NCBI GenBank assembly: GCA_038214755.1 | Contig: JBBQRQ010000018.1 | Coordinates: forward strand, 1-62,736 | DNA length: 62,736 bases | DNA from: Verrucomicrobiota bacterium | GTDB taxonomy: Bacteria > Verrucomicrobiota > Verrucomicrobiia > Limisphaerales > CANJXF01 | Direction of reading: 5' to 3' | Shown: positions 9,621 through 20,715 of the stretch, piece by piece | How positions within the stretch are numbered: position 1 is the stretch's first letter | How the letters are laid out: each line of letters begins with the position of its first letter | The notes under the pieces: model-generated | The model's input: only the letters and a program-made list of their open reading frames with translations | Database searches by the model: none | Told to the model about the DNA's origin: nothing | Made by a program: the position numbers and the translations under genes

Positions 9621-10643
9621 TCAAAAACTATTCAGCATGTTGCCGTAATAATTCGTCCAAAATCGAATCACGTTGAAGGCAATCAGCAAAACGATTGCGC
9701 CGTAAATGACGCCGTTCATCACCCAGGTGAACAGCCGCATCAAGCGAAAACCTTCGTCCTGATAGTAAGCGTGCAAACGCCCAAGCGAATCGTCCAACGA
9801 TCCGCTCTCTTCGCCCGTGTGGTAGAGGTTGGCAAACATTTCGGGAAAATATTTGGTTTGATTGATCAATTCACCCGGCGTTGAGCCGCTCTCCAGTCGT
9901 GATTTCCATCCCAAAATTTGGCGGCGCAAATAAGGGGAACCGCAGGCGGCGGCTGATAAATCCCATCCGATGATTATCGAGACACCAGCGCTGACCAGCG
10001 CTTGCAACGCGGCGGCCAGCCGAGAGAGAACCAGATATTTTTGCGCGACTCGTAAAATGGGAGTGCGTCGAGTAACGCTCTCGACCATGGCCCGCCAATG
10101 TTCTCCGCGTTTTCCCTGGCAAGCGAAAATCAGCGAGAGAACGCCGCCATAAAGAATTCCGAATACCGCAAGTTTTTCCAGGAGAAACGGGAGGCACAGG
10201 GCATAATCGTTGTTGATAATTCCCTGGGCGAAGGAAGTCAAAAGGCCGAGCGGAAAGACCAACAAAAAAACGTGGAGCGTCACCATCGTGGTCAGCAAGC
10301 CGGCAATGGTGTCGCGTATAATTTTCGCGCGCGAAGCATAATAAACCGCCAGCAATTTGAAGGTGGCATCGAGCCGTCCGGTTTTTTCGCCGGTCGCCAA
10401 AAGCGCTATATCGAATTCCGGCAACCAGCCCTGCACTTGCGTCATGCTCTGGCTAAAAGTCATTCCCTCCTGGAGACAGCGGATGAGACCAAAAATGGTT
10501 TTGCGAGAGACCCGAATGGTCGGGTTGGCGCTGACCATTTCCAATGCATTGATCAGCGGGATGCCGGCGGAAATCATGGAACCAAGTTGGTGATACAACT
10601 CGGCGCGGCGGTTGAGTTGAGTTGGCGTGACGATGAAGGACAT
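9621..10643 (-). CDS. type II secretion system F / PilC family protein
   Basis: Two T2SSF repeats: LGSMISAGIPLINAL...GEKTGRLD and LQALVSAGVSI...GEESGSLD. Confidence 0.85.
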   Translation of the reverse strand: MSFIVTPTQLNRRAELYHQLGSMISAGIPLINALEMVSANPTIRVSRKTIFGLIRCLQEGMTFSQSMTQVQGWLPEFDIALLATGEKTGRLDATFKLLAVYYASRAKIIRDTIAGLLTTMVTLHVFLLVFPLGLLTSFAQGIINNDYALCLPFLLEKLAVFGILYGGVLSLIFACQGKRGEHWRAMVESVTRRTPILRVAQKYLVLSRLAAALQALVSAGVSIIIGWDLSAAACGSPYLRRQILGWKSRLESGSTPGELINQTKYFPEMFANLYHTGEESGSLDDSLGRLHAYYQDEGFRLMRLFTWVMNGVIYGAIVLLIAFNVIRFWTNYYGNMLNSF

Positions 10644-10659
10644 ATCGTCCGCCGAAATA

Positions 10660-10992
10660 TTACGCGACCACTTTGTCCAGGCTGGATTTCAAATCGCGTT
10701 TGGAACGCATGCCGACAATTTGCTCGGCGACCTGGCCGTCTTTAAAAATGAGGAGAGTTGGAATGGCGCGCACTCCGTATTGCGAGGCGAGCGCCTGATC
10801 GTCATCGATATTTACTTTGCCGATCGTGGCGCGACCTTCGTACTCACTCGCCAATTCGTCGAGGACGGGCGCAATCATTTTGCAAGGGCCGCACCATTCC
10901 GCCCAGAAATCAACGAGGACGGGCGTGGCGGATTTAAGAACTTCAGCCGAAAAATTTCCTGAGTTGAGAGTGACGATATTTGCGGCGGCCAT
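10660..10992 (-). CDS. trxA: thioredoxin
   Basis: VLVDFWAEWCGPCKMIAP active site. Confidence 0.95.
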   Translation of the reverse strand: MAAANIVTLNSGNFSAEVLKSATPVLVDFWAEWCGPCKMIAPVLDELASEYEGRATIGKVNIDDDQALASQYGVRAIPTLLIFKDGQVAEQIVGMRSKRDLKSSLDKVVA

Positions 10993-11017
10993 ATTCGTTC
11001 GATTGCGTAAAATGATT

Positions 11018-11461
11018 TTAGGAATGGGTGTTAAAAATGAACGCGAGAAAAATTACGATGCCAAGCGCAGCGAGGCTGGCGACAGCGGCGGCGATGGCCA
11101 GACCTTTATCCACCCCGCTGATGACGTAAACGGAAGGCGGAGCTTGGCGGGGCGCGGGGACTGCGGGCGCGGAGACACCGGAACGTTGTCCCGTTTGCGG
11201 AGCGGCGACTCGAGCCGCAGTGCCGCCAGTGGGTGGAGTGGGTGGTTTCGGTCCGGTGCCCGGCGCGGCGGTGGGAGCAGCGGCGGAAACGGTTTGCGGG
11301 GGCGGCGCGCCGGTGGGCAGCGTTGGCAGTTTGATGGTCGGAGAGGCGGTGGGCTTGGGCGGCAAATTGATCCGCACCGTTTCTTTTTTTGGTTGAACTT
11401 TGACTGCGTCAGCCGGTTTGGGTGGAACAGCGCCGGAAGGTAAATTTGGGATTTCAGCCAT
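11018..11461 (-). CDS. Pro/Ala-rich protein with C-terminal transmembrane helix
   Basis: ATG start, low-complexity linker, hydrophobic C-terminus. Co-oriented with trxA. Confidence 0.7.
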   Translation of the reverse strand: MAEIPNLPSGAVPPKPADAVKVQPKKETVRINLPPKPTASPTIKLPTLPTGAPPPQTVSAAAPTAAPGTGPKPPTPPTGGTAARVAAPQTGQRSGVSAPAVPAPRQAPPSVYVISGVDKGLAIAAAVASLAALGIVIFLAFIFNTHS

Positions 11462-11520
11462 AATTTTTCTGTTGGCTCAAACTAGAGTTGAGCGGAATTA
11501 GTGTCAAATCTTTACCACGC

Positions 11521-11551
11521 AAAAAAAAGAGCCGGTTAAAAAAACCGGCTC
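11521..11551 (-). terminator. rho-independent terminator of RRM gene
   Basis: GAGCCGGTT...AACCGGCTC hairpin followed by T8 on the minus strand. Confidence 0.8.
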
Positions 11552-11575
11552 CGAGAAAACAGGGGGAGCAAATTC

Positions 11576-11968
11576 TCAGTAACGATCACTCCGACCGCCT
11601 CCGCCTCCTTCTCGATCGCGCCCGCCGCCACCACCACGATATCCACCACCACCGCCACCACCACCGCCGCCGCGATAGCCACCACCGCCGCCGCCTTCAC
11701 GGCGAGGAGGGCGATCTTCTTTCGGGCGCGCAATGTTCACGGTCAGCGCGCGGCCTTGAAAATCTTTGCCGTGAAATGTCTCCACCGCTTTTTGCGCGTC
11801 CGCCGGATTTGCAAATTCGATGAAAGCAAATCCGCGAGATTTGCCGGTGAATTTGTCCAACATCAGGTTCACCGAAGTGACCGTGCCCGCCTGGGAGAAA
11901 TACTCCTGGAGGTCGTTTTCCATCGTTTGATACGCGAGGTTTCCAACGAACAATCTATTTTCGCTCAT
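11576..11968 (-). CDS. RRM RNA-binding protein with Gly-rich tail
   Basis: RNP2 LFVGNL, RNP1 KSRGFAFIEF, and a GGGGYRGGG tail. Confidence 0.93.
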   Translation of the reverse strand: MSENRLFVGNLAYQTMENDLQEYFSQAGTVTSVNLMLDKFTGKSRGFAFIEFANPADAQKAVETFHGKDFQGRALTVNIARPKEDRPPRREGGGGGGYRGGGGGGGGGGYRGGGGGRDREGGGGGRSDRY

Positions 11969-12213
11969 GTGTTGAGTATCCGCTCAAAAAGGCGTGTTGG
12001 AGATTCTGCACCGGCAGCAATCACAAGGTCACTTTGGACCATCTGTCTTCTGACACCGACACCGCATTTCTTTCGCCGACGCGGTTTTTTTAACACACGG
12101 CTTTTGTGTGTCAACCGCGATTTGCTCAGGGAAAATCTGAGAGGCAACGATGTCGTAAAAAGCAATTTTTAACCACGGATGAACTCAGCGCGGCGAAGCT
12201 GCAATTGCCCGTT

Positions 12214-12407
12214 GGAGCACCGGTTTGCAACCGGCTTTCAGTCGATGCGCCCGGATCAAGAAAAAACCTTTCGCCATCGCCGGGTAGCATCTGCCTCTGG
12301 CGGGTGCGAAAAGACTTGTTGGGGCGACCGTTTTTTTTAAGAAAAAGACAGAGTCGTCACGCACCCGCCAGAGGCAGATGCTACCCGGAATTGCAAACCG
12401 GCGCTCC
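12214..12407. repeat. nested REP doublets (GGAGCGCCGGTTTGCAACCGGC family containing a CGGGTAGCATCTGCCTC family doublet at 12280-12388)
   Basis: Outer arms match 28996-29065 and 38085-38154. Inner arms match 20545-20696 and 29939-30078. Confidence 0.8.
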
Positions 12408-12423
12408 GTTACTGGGCAAGTTT

Positions 12424-13503
12424 CTATTTCAATTTTTCGTCGATGAACTGATACGCCGCCTCGCGAACTTCATCGGGAAAATCATGCGCGCAATCGGGAT
12501 GAACCACGCGCAAATTATTTTCGGCGCGGTGCAATTTATAAATCGTGCGCGCGGCGACGGCGACTCTGTCCACACTTTGCCATTTGAAATTCGTGTCGCC
12601 GATGGGCGCGTTGATAAAAACAGGGCGCGGCACAAGCGACGCTATCATCTCGTGAAAATCAAATGGAATTTCTGCGAGAGGATAATCCAACAACTTCGGC
12701 ATGTAACGTTCGCTCGTCCAACCTTTGATATTTTCATTCATGTAATCGAGATACGAATCGAAGCCGCAACTCGACACAATGACTTTGATGCGTGGATCGA
12801 ACACCGCCGTGTAAATCGAATTATGCCCGCCGAGCGAATGACCGATCGCCGCCACGCCGCCGCGTTTCACGTAAGGCAATGATTCCAACAAATCGATTCC
12901 GCGAAGGTTGTCCCAGATGGCTTTCATCGTGCCGCTCTCGTAACCGAGTGATTTCAAATCCGGCGCGTAATCGGCGAGATGCGGATACGCCGGAGCTAAC
13001 GTCACGTAACCGCGTTCCGTCAATTCGCTCGCGTAGTTTCGATTTTCTTTTCCTCCAAGGCCGACGACAACTTTGTGTCCCAGTTGCGCATCGGTGGGAT
13101 GTAAACAAAGCACCGCGCGCGCTTTCGACTTTTTTCGCAAAACATTTTTCGGGACGAGCAAATAGGCTGGCACACGCGAATTCGGTTCCGACTGGTAGCT
13201 GATCAATTGGCGAATGTAAGAGCCGCAATCCACTTCCTCAACGATCTGAACATCGAGCGGACAACGTTTCCCTTTTCCCGGTAATGGACCCATGACTTCC
13301 TGCATGGCGTGGAGAATTTCTGCGCGACGCTTTGCCCAATCACGTTTTGTTTTGCCCTGCGCCACGTTTCCAGTCGCGTCGTGAAACAGCAGGAGATTGG
13401 TGCGATCCAACCGCGACGCTGAGACGGGAGGAGTAGATTTAACTTCCGCCGCGAGAACCGTGGCGCAAAGCGCGAGAAAGAAAATGAAACAGCGAGTAAT
13501 CAT
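12424..13503 (-). CDS. secreted alpha/beta hydrolase (dienelactone hydrolase/esterase-like)
   Basis: Signal peptide, nucleophile elbow IGHSLGG, C-terminal HPDCAHDFP. Confidence 0.85.
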   Translation of the reverse strand: MITRCFIFFLALCATVLAAEVKSTPPVSASRLDRTNLLLFHDATGNVAQGKTKRDWAKRRAEILHAMQEVMGPLPGKGKRCPLDVQIVEEVDCGSYIRQLISYQSEPNSRVPAYLLVPKNVLRKKSKARAVLCLHPTDAQLGHKVVVGLGGKENRNYASELTERGYVTLAPAYPHLADYAPDLKSLGYESGTMKAIWDNLRGIDLLESLPYVKRGGVAAIGHSLGGHNSIYTAVFDPRIKVIVSSCGFDSYLDYMNENIKGWTSERYMPKLLDYPLAEIPFDFHEMIASLVPRPVFINAPIGDTNFKWQSVDRVAVAARTIYKLHRAENNLRVVHPDCAHDFPDEVREAAYQFIDEKLK

Positions 13504-13613
13504 CTCTCGGTAGAAAATATCGGGCGCTGGCATTACGCAAGTAATTTGCAAATACGAGTGCGCTGCTGGTGGAATCTTGCCGAATTTCTGCTACTGTATT
13601 GCAATACAAAAAC

Positions 13614-13841
13614 ATGAAAAACATTTACATTCTGGAAAAAGATCAGCTTTGGCAGTTGCCTGAATCTCATATCAAAATTGTCGGCGTTGGCCGGCATCTG
13701 ACTCATTTCAAGCACTGCAAAACGCTCGACCAAAAAAGAGTCACCACTCAAATCGAATCGATTGTTGACCTGCAAAAATATCTCAAAGAGCACCATGGGA
13801 AGTTGATCAAAGAATCCGCGCCGTTGAAAAAAGCGGCCTAA
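13614..13841 (+). CDS. small basic hypothetical protein
   Basis: 75-aa ORF from an ATG after an A-rich leader; codon usage looks plausible. Confidence 0.6.
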   Translation: MKNIYILEKDQLWQLPESHIKIVGVGRHLTHFKHCKTLDQKRVTTQIESIVDLQKYLKEHHGKLIKESAPLKKAA

Positions 13842-13860
13842 GCAAAAGCGCGCTGTCTTA

Positions 13861-14052
13861 GCCGTAACTATGCAGACAAAGAAAGATGGAAACCACAGAT
13901 GGACACAGATAGACACAGATGCGAATGCGGCCAGACGTTAGCCCGACTCTCACCGAATCGTGAACTCAATCGGGTCCGGCTCCTCGACCTTTTATCTGTG
14001 TTCATCTGTGTCCATCTGTGGTTTCCCTTTTTCTCCACCGCATGGTTGCGGC
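13861..14052. repeat. palindromic element with decamer tandem repeats
   Basis: ACACAGATGG-like units x3 at about 13891-13920, inverted ATCTGTGTTC-like units x3 at about 13994-14025. Outer arms GCCGTAACTATG / CATGGTTGCGGC. Confidence 0.7.
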
Positions 14053-14128
14053 TTAGTCCGAACAAGAGTTGAGCCGGGTGCCAGAACGCCCCGGAGTCAC
14101 GATCACAAATGGTCTTTCCTAAATGAGG

Positions 14129-14279
14129 GGGCGCATCTCACTAAATTGCAGGTTTCAAATCTCCGGAGGAGGTGGCAACGGAACGCCGATCTCCGATCGG
14201 CATCGGAACGCTCTACATTTTCGGGGAGCCGATCAGGAGATCGGCGTTCCGTTATTTTGCAAGAAATTGAGATGCGCCC
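14129..14279. mobile_element. MITE (151 bp) with 12-bp TIRs and 9-bp target duplication
   Basis: GGGCGCATCTCA...TGAGATGCGCCC, with TAAATGAGG at 14120-14128 and 14280-14288. Contains a GGAACGCCGATCTCC REP doublet. Confidence 0.85.
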
Positions 14280-14440
14280 TAAATGAGGCCGAGAGCGTTT
14301 GATCAGTCTTTCGCGTTAACAACCCTCCATTCACGAGAGAGGCGAGTGGCGTTGGGAATCCAGAAACTTCACTTGCGTTCGCCATGCTCGCTCTCTTGAA
14401 AAATGAGCAAGACACTTTCGCGGGTGTTCGGTCTGATTAA

Positions 14441-15640
14441 ATGCAGATGAAGCGAATAATCACTGTATCCTTACTCATCATCATGGGCGTGGTGCTGCTC
14501 GCGTTGCTGTTGCCATCGCCGTCGCAATCCAACGCGCCCCGCTTCGTGCCCGCGCCCGCTGGTTTCAAAGGCGGAGCCTACACAGAGATGGATTATAATT
14601 TTCTTCTGCCGAGTCCTTTTGAAGGTGGTCTGGTTTGGATTTCTGTTTTTAATAAACGCGTTTCGCACTCCTACCTTTACGACATCGAGCACAAAAAAGT
14701 CCTGGGCGAATTGATCAATGGCTGGCCTGAATTCGGCAATCGCGATCAATCCAAAGTTCTGCTGATGGGAAACCCGGGTTCGTTCAAGGAAAAACTTTTC
14801 CAATTGGTTGGCCGTATCACTGGCGGAAAACTCACTCTCTCCACTCGAAATATCGAAGAGAGTTTCGAGGTGTTCGACCGGAAAAAAAATCACGCCGAGC
14901 CAGTTGGCCGAATGTATCAATTCGCAGGCGCGGGAAGCCGCTGGTATCCTTCGCCCACCTATCGTTACGGCTTCACGCGCCCGACCGCCAACTCCGGCTC
15001 GGAAGTTTTCCTTTGCGATTTGGACAAGAGTCAAATGACCAAGATCACGATACGCGGTATCCCGGTGGGCTGGTGGAACGAGACGGCCATTTTATACAAA
15101 TCGAATGACCGGGATTTCGCGCTGTATGATGTCGTGAGAGAGAAGACTTCCGTTCTGTTGAAAGCCGATGCCATAAAAGAGTTCCTCAAACAAAATAAAT
15201 TCAGCACTGACCTTTCCAGGGATGACGTCAAACCATTTCCGATGTGGGATGGACGACAATATCAGTTTTATTTTACTGACACCTACAAACGTTGGGAGGC
15301 GACAAATTCCTTCCTCGCCAAAATCGAGCGGCCATCCGGCAGCCTGAAACTCATTGACGCCGATTTTAAATTCGAATGGTCCGACAGTTTCGACAATAAC
15401 GGGCGTTACTATCTTTTCGGCGGGCGCGAATTTTCCGATGGCGACAAAGTAAGCGGAGTTTATCTGCGCGATTTGCAAACGGGCGAGACCCGCACGCTCG
15501 TGGAAGATTGCGGAATCGACCAGCACAGCATTCCGCAGTGGTATGGCAACGGCGTCATTTACTCGCGAAGCAATATGCTTTGGCGAATCGGCCTTTCGGA
15601 AACCAATGCGACCCGTCTGTTTCCTCCGCCCGATAAATAA
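14441..15640 (+). CDS. exported hypothetical protein (possible beta-propeller)
   Basis: N-terminal hydrophobic segment; repeated YLYDIE, VFLCDLD, ALYDVV and VYLRDLQTG strands. Confidence 0.7.
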   Translation: MQMKRIITVSLLIIMGVVLLALLLPSPSQSNAPRFVPAPAGFKGGAYTEMDYNFLLPSPFEGGLVWISVFNKRVSHSYLYDIEHKKVLGELINGWPEFGNRDQSKVLLMGNPGSFKEKLFQLVGRITGGKLTLSTRNIEESFEVFDRKKNHAEPVGRMYQFAGAGSRWYPSPTYRYGFTRPTANSGSEVFLCDLDKSQMTKITIRGIPVGWWNETAILYKSNDRDFALYDVVREKTSVLLKADAIKEFLKQNKFSTDLSRDDVKPFPMWDGRQYQFYFTDTYKRWEATNSFLAKIERPSGSLKLIDADFKFEWSDSFDNNGRYYLFGGREFSDGDKVSGVYLRDLQTGETRTLVEDCGIDQHSIPQWYGNGVIYSRSNMLWRIGLSETNATRLFPPPDK

Positions 15641-15729
15641 AGTCGCGAGCCAATCCGGCGGGCCAAGAGTTTCCATTTTCACGAACGTGGACTGCTTCGG
15701 ATTAAAGGTTAAAAACTTAGCTACGCTTG

Positions 15730-15882
15730 GGGCGCATCTCACTTTCTTGCAAAATAACAGAACGCCGATCTCCTGATCGGCTTGCGGAAAATGGAGACCG
15801 TTCCTCTGCCGATCAGGAGATCGGCGTTCCGTTGCCGCCTTTTTCCGAACATTTGAAACCTGCAATTTAGTGAGATGCGCCC
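15730..15882. mobile_element. MITE, inverted copy of 14129-14279
   Basis: Reverse complement aligns along its length with the 14129 copy and has the same TIRs. The 9-bp flanks match at only 6 of 9 positions. Confidence 0.8.
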
Positions 15883-15966
15883 CTCCTGTTGTTCGCTGGC
15901 GAAATGTTCTTGGGAAAAGAAATTTGAGCGTCTATGTTCGCGGCGAAATAACCCATCGTTTTATTT

Positions 15967-17026
15967 ATGAAAACATCTCGGCACCTCATCGACACCATTG
16001 CCCTCATTACCTTGTGCGTCTTTTTCGTTCGCATCAGCCACGCGAGAGACAATCCTTACCATGTGTCGAAGGAGATTGCGGTCGGCGGCGAAGGCGGGTG
16101 GGATTATCTCTCTGTCGATGCAGAGGCGCGGCGACTTTACGTCAGTCATGCGAATAAAGTGGTGGTCATTGACCTCGACAAAGAAACCGTCGTTGGAGAA
16201 ATCGCGGATACTCCCGGTATTCACGGAGTGGCGCTTGCTCCCCGGTTGGGGCGCGCCTTTTGCAGCAATGGTCGTGAGAATAAAGTCAGCATTGTTGATC
16301 TGAAAACATTGCAGACGCTTTCCAAGGTGGGCACCGGCGAAAATCCCGATGCCATTCTTTTCGAACCGGCGCAGGAAGAAGTCTATGCCTTCAATGGGCG
16401 CAGCCATTCGGCCACGGTATTCGACGCGAAGTCAGCAAAAGTGGTCGCGACGATTCCCTTCTCGGGCAAACCGGAATTTGCCGTGACCGACTCCAAGGCC
16501 GGGCGCGTGTATTGCAACATCGAAGATAAGAATGAAGTCGCGGTCATCGACAGCAAGACGCATCAGGTGGTAAATCGTTGGCCCATTGCGCCCGGGGAGG
16601 AAGCCATCGGGCCTGGCCATTGATCTCGCGCATCATCGGCTGTTCCTCGGCTGCAATAATAAATTGATGGTGATGATGGACAGCGTGAGCGGGAAAGTGA
16701 TCGCGACGGTGCCGATCGGCGATGGAGTGGATGCAAATGCGTTCGATCCGGGAACACAATTTGCCTTCAGTTCCAACGGCGAAGGGACGGTCACGATTGC
16801 CCATGAAGATTCGCCGGACAAACTCACCGTGGTGCAAACGTTGAAAACGGAACGCGGTTCGAAAACCATGACGCTGGATCCGAGAACGCATAAAATTTAT
16901 TTGGCTGCGGCAAAATATGAGCCAGCACCCGCACCAACTCCGGGTGCGCCCCGGCAGCGTCCGAAAATGATTTCGGGCAGCTTCAAGATTCTGGTGTGCG
17001 AGTTGGAAAAACCGGCGGTGAAATAG
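15967..17026 (+). pseudogene. YncE-family beta-propeller protein, frameshifted near 16604
   Basis: 15967..16623 (GGEGGWDYLSVD, HGVALAP) continues in the 16586..17026 frame (SGLAIDLAHHRLF). Removing one base joins them. Confidence 0.8.
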
Positions 17027-17182
17027 CAGGAGTCAGCGAACAGTCTTCTCCGTTATCGTTTTTTTCAGACGATCTTTCTTGGCTACTCGACGGGAGTCTC
17101 GCCCCACCCCCTTCAGTTTTTGCGGCGTAAAAAATTTTTCCGCTCGCGTCACGGGAGTTCAAGAGGTACACGGATTTGCTGC

Positions 17183-19035
<1,853 letters not shown>

Positions 19036-19039
<4 letters not shown>

Positions 19040-20535
19040 CTACCACTGATTTCATAAGTTCGACCACATTCGTAGCCGCCGACGTGAGGAGGCGGATTCG
19101 CGGTTTCTCAAACAAAAACCGCCTCCTCACCTCAGCTTCTACCGAGCAGACGGCTTCTCGGAATTTTTCACCGTCTAATTTGCAAAGACCAAACCTCGAA
19201 CACCGAAATCGGAAAAACCTTGGACGTGGGACGTTGAACGTTGGATGTTCGACGTTCCTCATCTGTGCAATCAATTTCTCTACCTCCAATTCCGCCATCG
19301 CCGAAAAAATAATTTTCGCCGACGCCATCATCCACACCGTCAGCGGCGAAATACTTTCTCCAGGCATGATCGCGATTGATGGCGAAAAAATCGTGGAGGT
19401 CGGGACCAATGTTCGCGTGACCGGCGCGGTGGTTTCACTCAAAGGATTGCACTTGTATCCCGGCCTCATCGCGTTGGACACCGCGCTCGGTTTGAGCGAA
19501 ATCGCCGGCGTCCGTTCCACGCGCGATGATGCCGAAGTCGGCGATTACACGCCGGACGTTGAGTCGTGGATCGCGGTCAATCCCGATTCGGAATTAATTC
19601 CTGTCGCGCGCGCCAACGGCATCACGCACATCGAACCCGCGCCGCAAGGCGGAATCGTCGCCGGGCAGTCGGGCCTCATCTCGTTGACCGGCTGGACTGC
19701 GGAACAAATGGCGATCAAAAAACCGGCGGCGCTCCACGTCTATTGGCCGGGCATGGAACTGGACAATCGGCCGAAAGAAAAATTCCGCGACAAATCCAAA
19801 TGGAAGTCGCCCGAAGATCAAGCCAAGGAACGCCAGATAAAATTACGTTCGCTCGAAGATTTTTTCGAGGAGGCGCGCGCGTACGAAAAAGCCGCTTCAG
19901 ACAAAAAATCCGTTTTCGAGAAAACTCCCGCGTGGGAAGCGATGCGCCCTTTTGTTCGAGGGGAAAATCCTATTTTTGTCCACGCCGATGAGCTTCGCCA
20001 AATCAAAGCCGCTCTGAATTGGGCGGAGACCAATCACTTCAAAATTGTTCTGGTGGGCGGACGCGATGCCGCGCTGCTCGCTCAAAAAATTGCCCTGCAA
20101 AAAGTGCCGGTTATTTACGAACACGTTTTCAGCCAGCCCGCTCGCGACACGGACAGTTATGACGTAAATTTTCGCGCGCCGGAAATTTTGCGCACGAATG
20201 GAGTCGTCTTTGCTTTAGGAATGGGCGCGGCAACCTTTGATGCGGCTTTGATAAAAAATTTGCCTTACGTGGCCGCGCAGGCGATGGCCTTTGGCCTGCC
20301 GGAAAATGACGCGCTGAAAAGCATCACGCTCATTCCCGCGCAACTGCTCGGTGTCACTAATCGCCTCGGTTCAATCGAAGCTGGCAGGGAAGCCACGTTC
20401 TTCGCGTCGGACGGAAATATTTTTGACATTCGCTCCAACGTGAAACGGCTCTGGATTGCCGGAAAAGAAATCAATCTGGAAACGCGCCACACCCGGCTCT
20501 ACGGGAAATATAAAAACCGTCCGAAACAGAAATAG
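19036..20535 (+). CDS. amidohydrolase family protein (imidazolonepropionase-like fold)
   Basis: Motifs LYPGLIALDTALGL, IFVHAD, LGSIEAGREA. The start is uncertain: ATG 19036 overlaps the upstream TGA, and the N-terminus runs through repeats. Confidence 0.8.
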
Positions 20536-20544
20536 GAAAGGGTG

Positions 20545-20696
20545 GGGTAGCTTCTGCCTCGGGCGGGTGCGAAGAAACCCTTCATCCGATGTTCACTGTT
20601 GGAGGTTGGATGTTCGATGTTCGCTAATTTCAAACATCGAACGCCGAAGATCAAACGGAGAGGTAAATTCGCACCCGCCGGAGGCAGATGCTACCC
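20545..20696. repeat. REP doublet enclosing inverted heptamer repeats
   Basis: GGGTAGCTTCTGCCTCGGGCGGGTGCGAA / TTCGCACCCGCCGGAGGCAGATGCTACCC, with inner GATGTTC / GAACATC-type units. Confidence 0.8.
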
Positions 20697-20715
20697 GGTC
20701 GCGCTCATTCCAATT

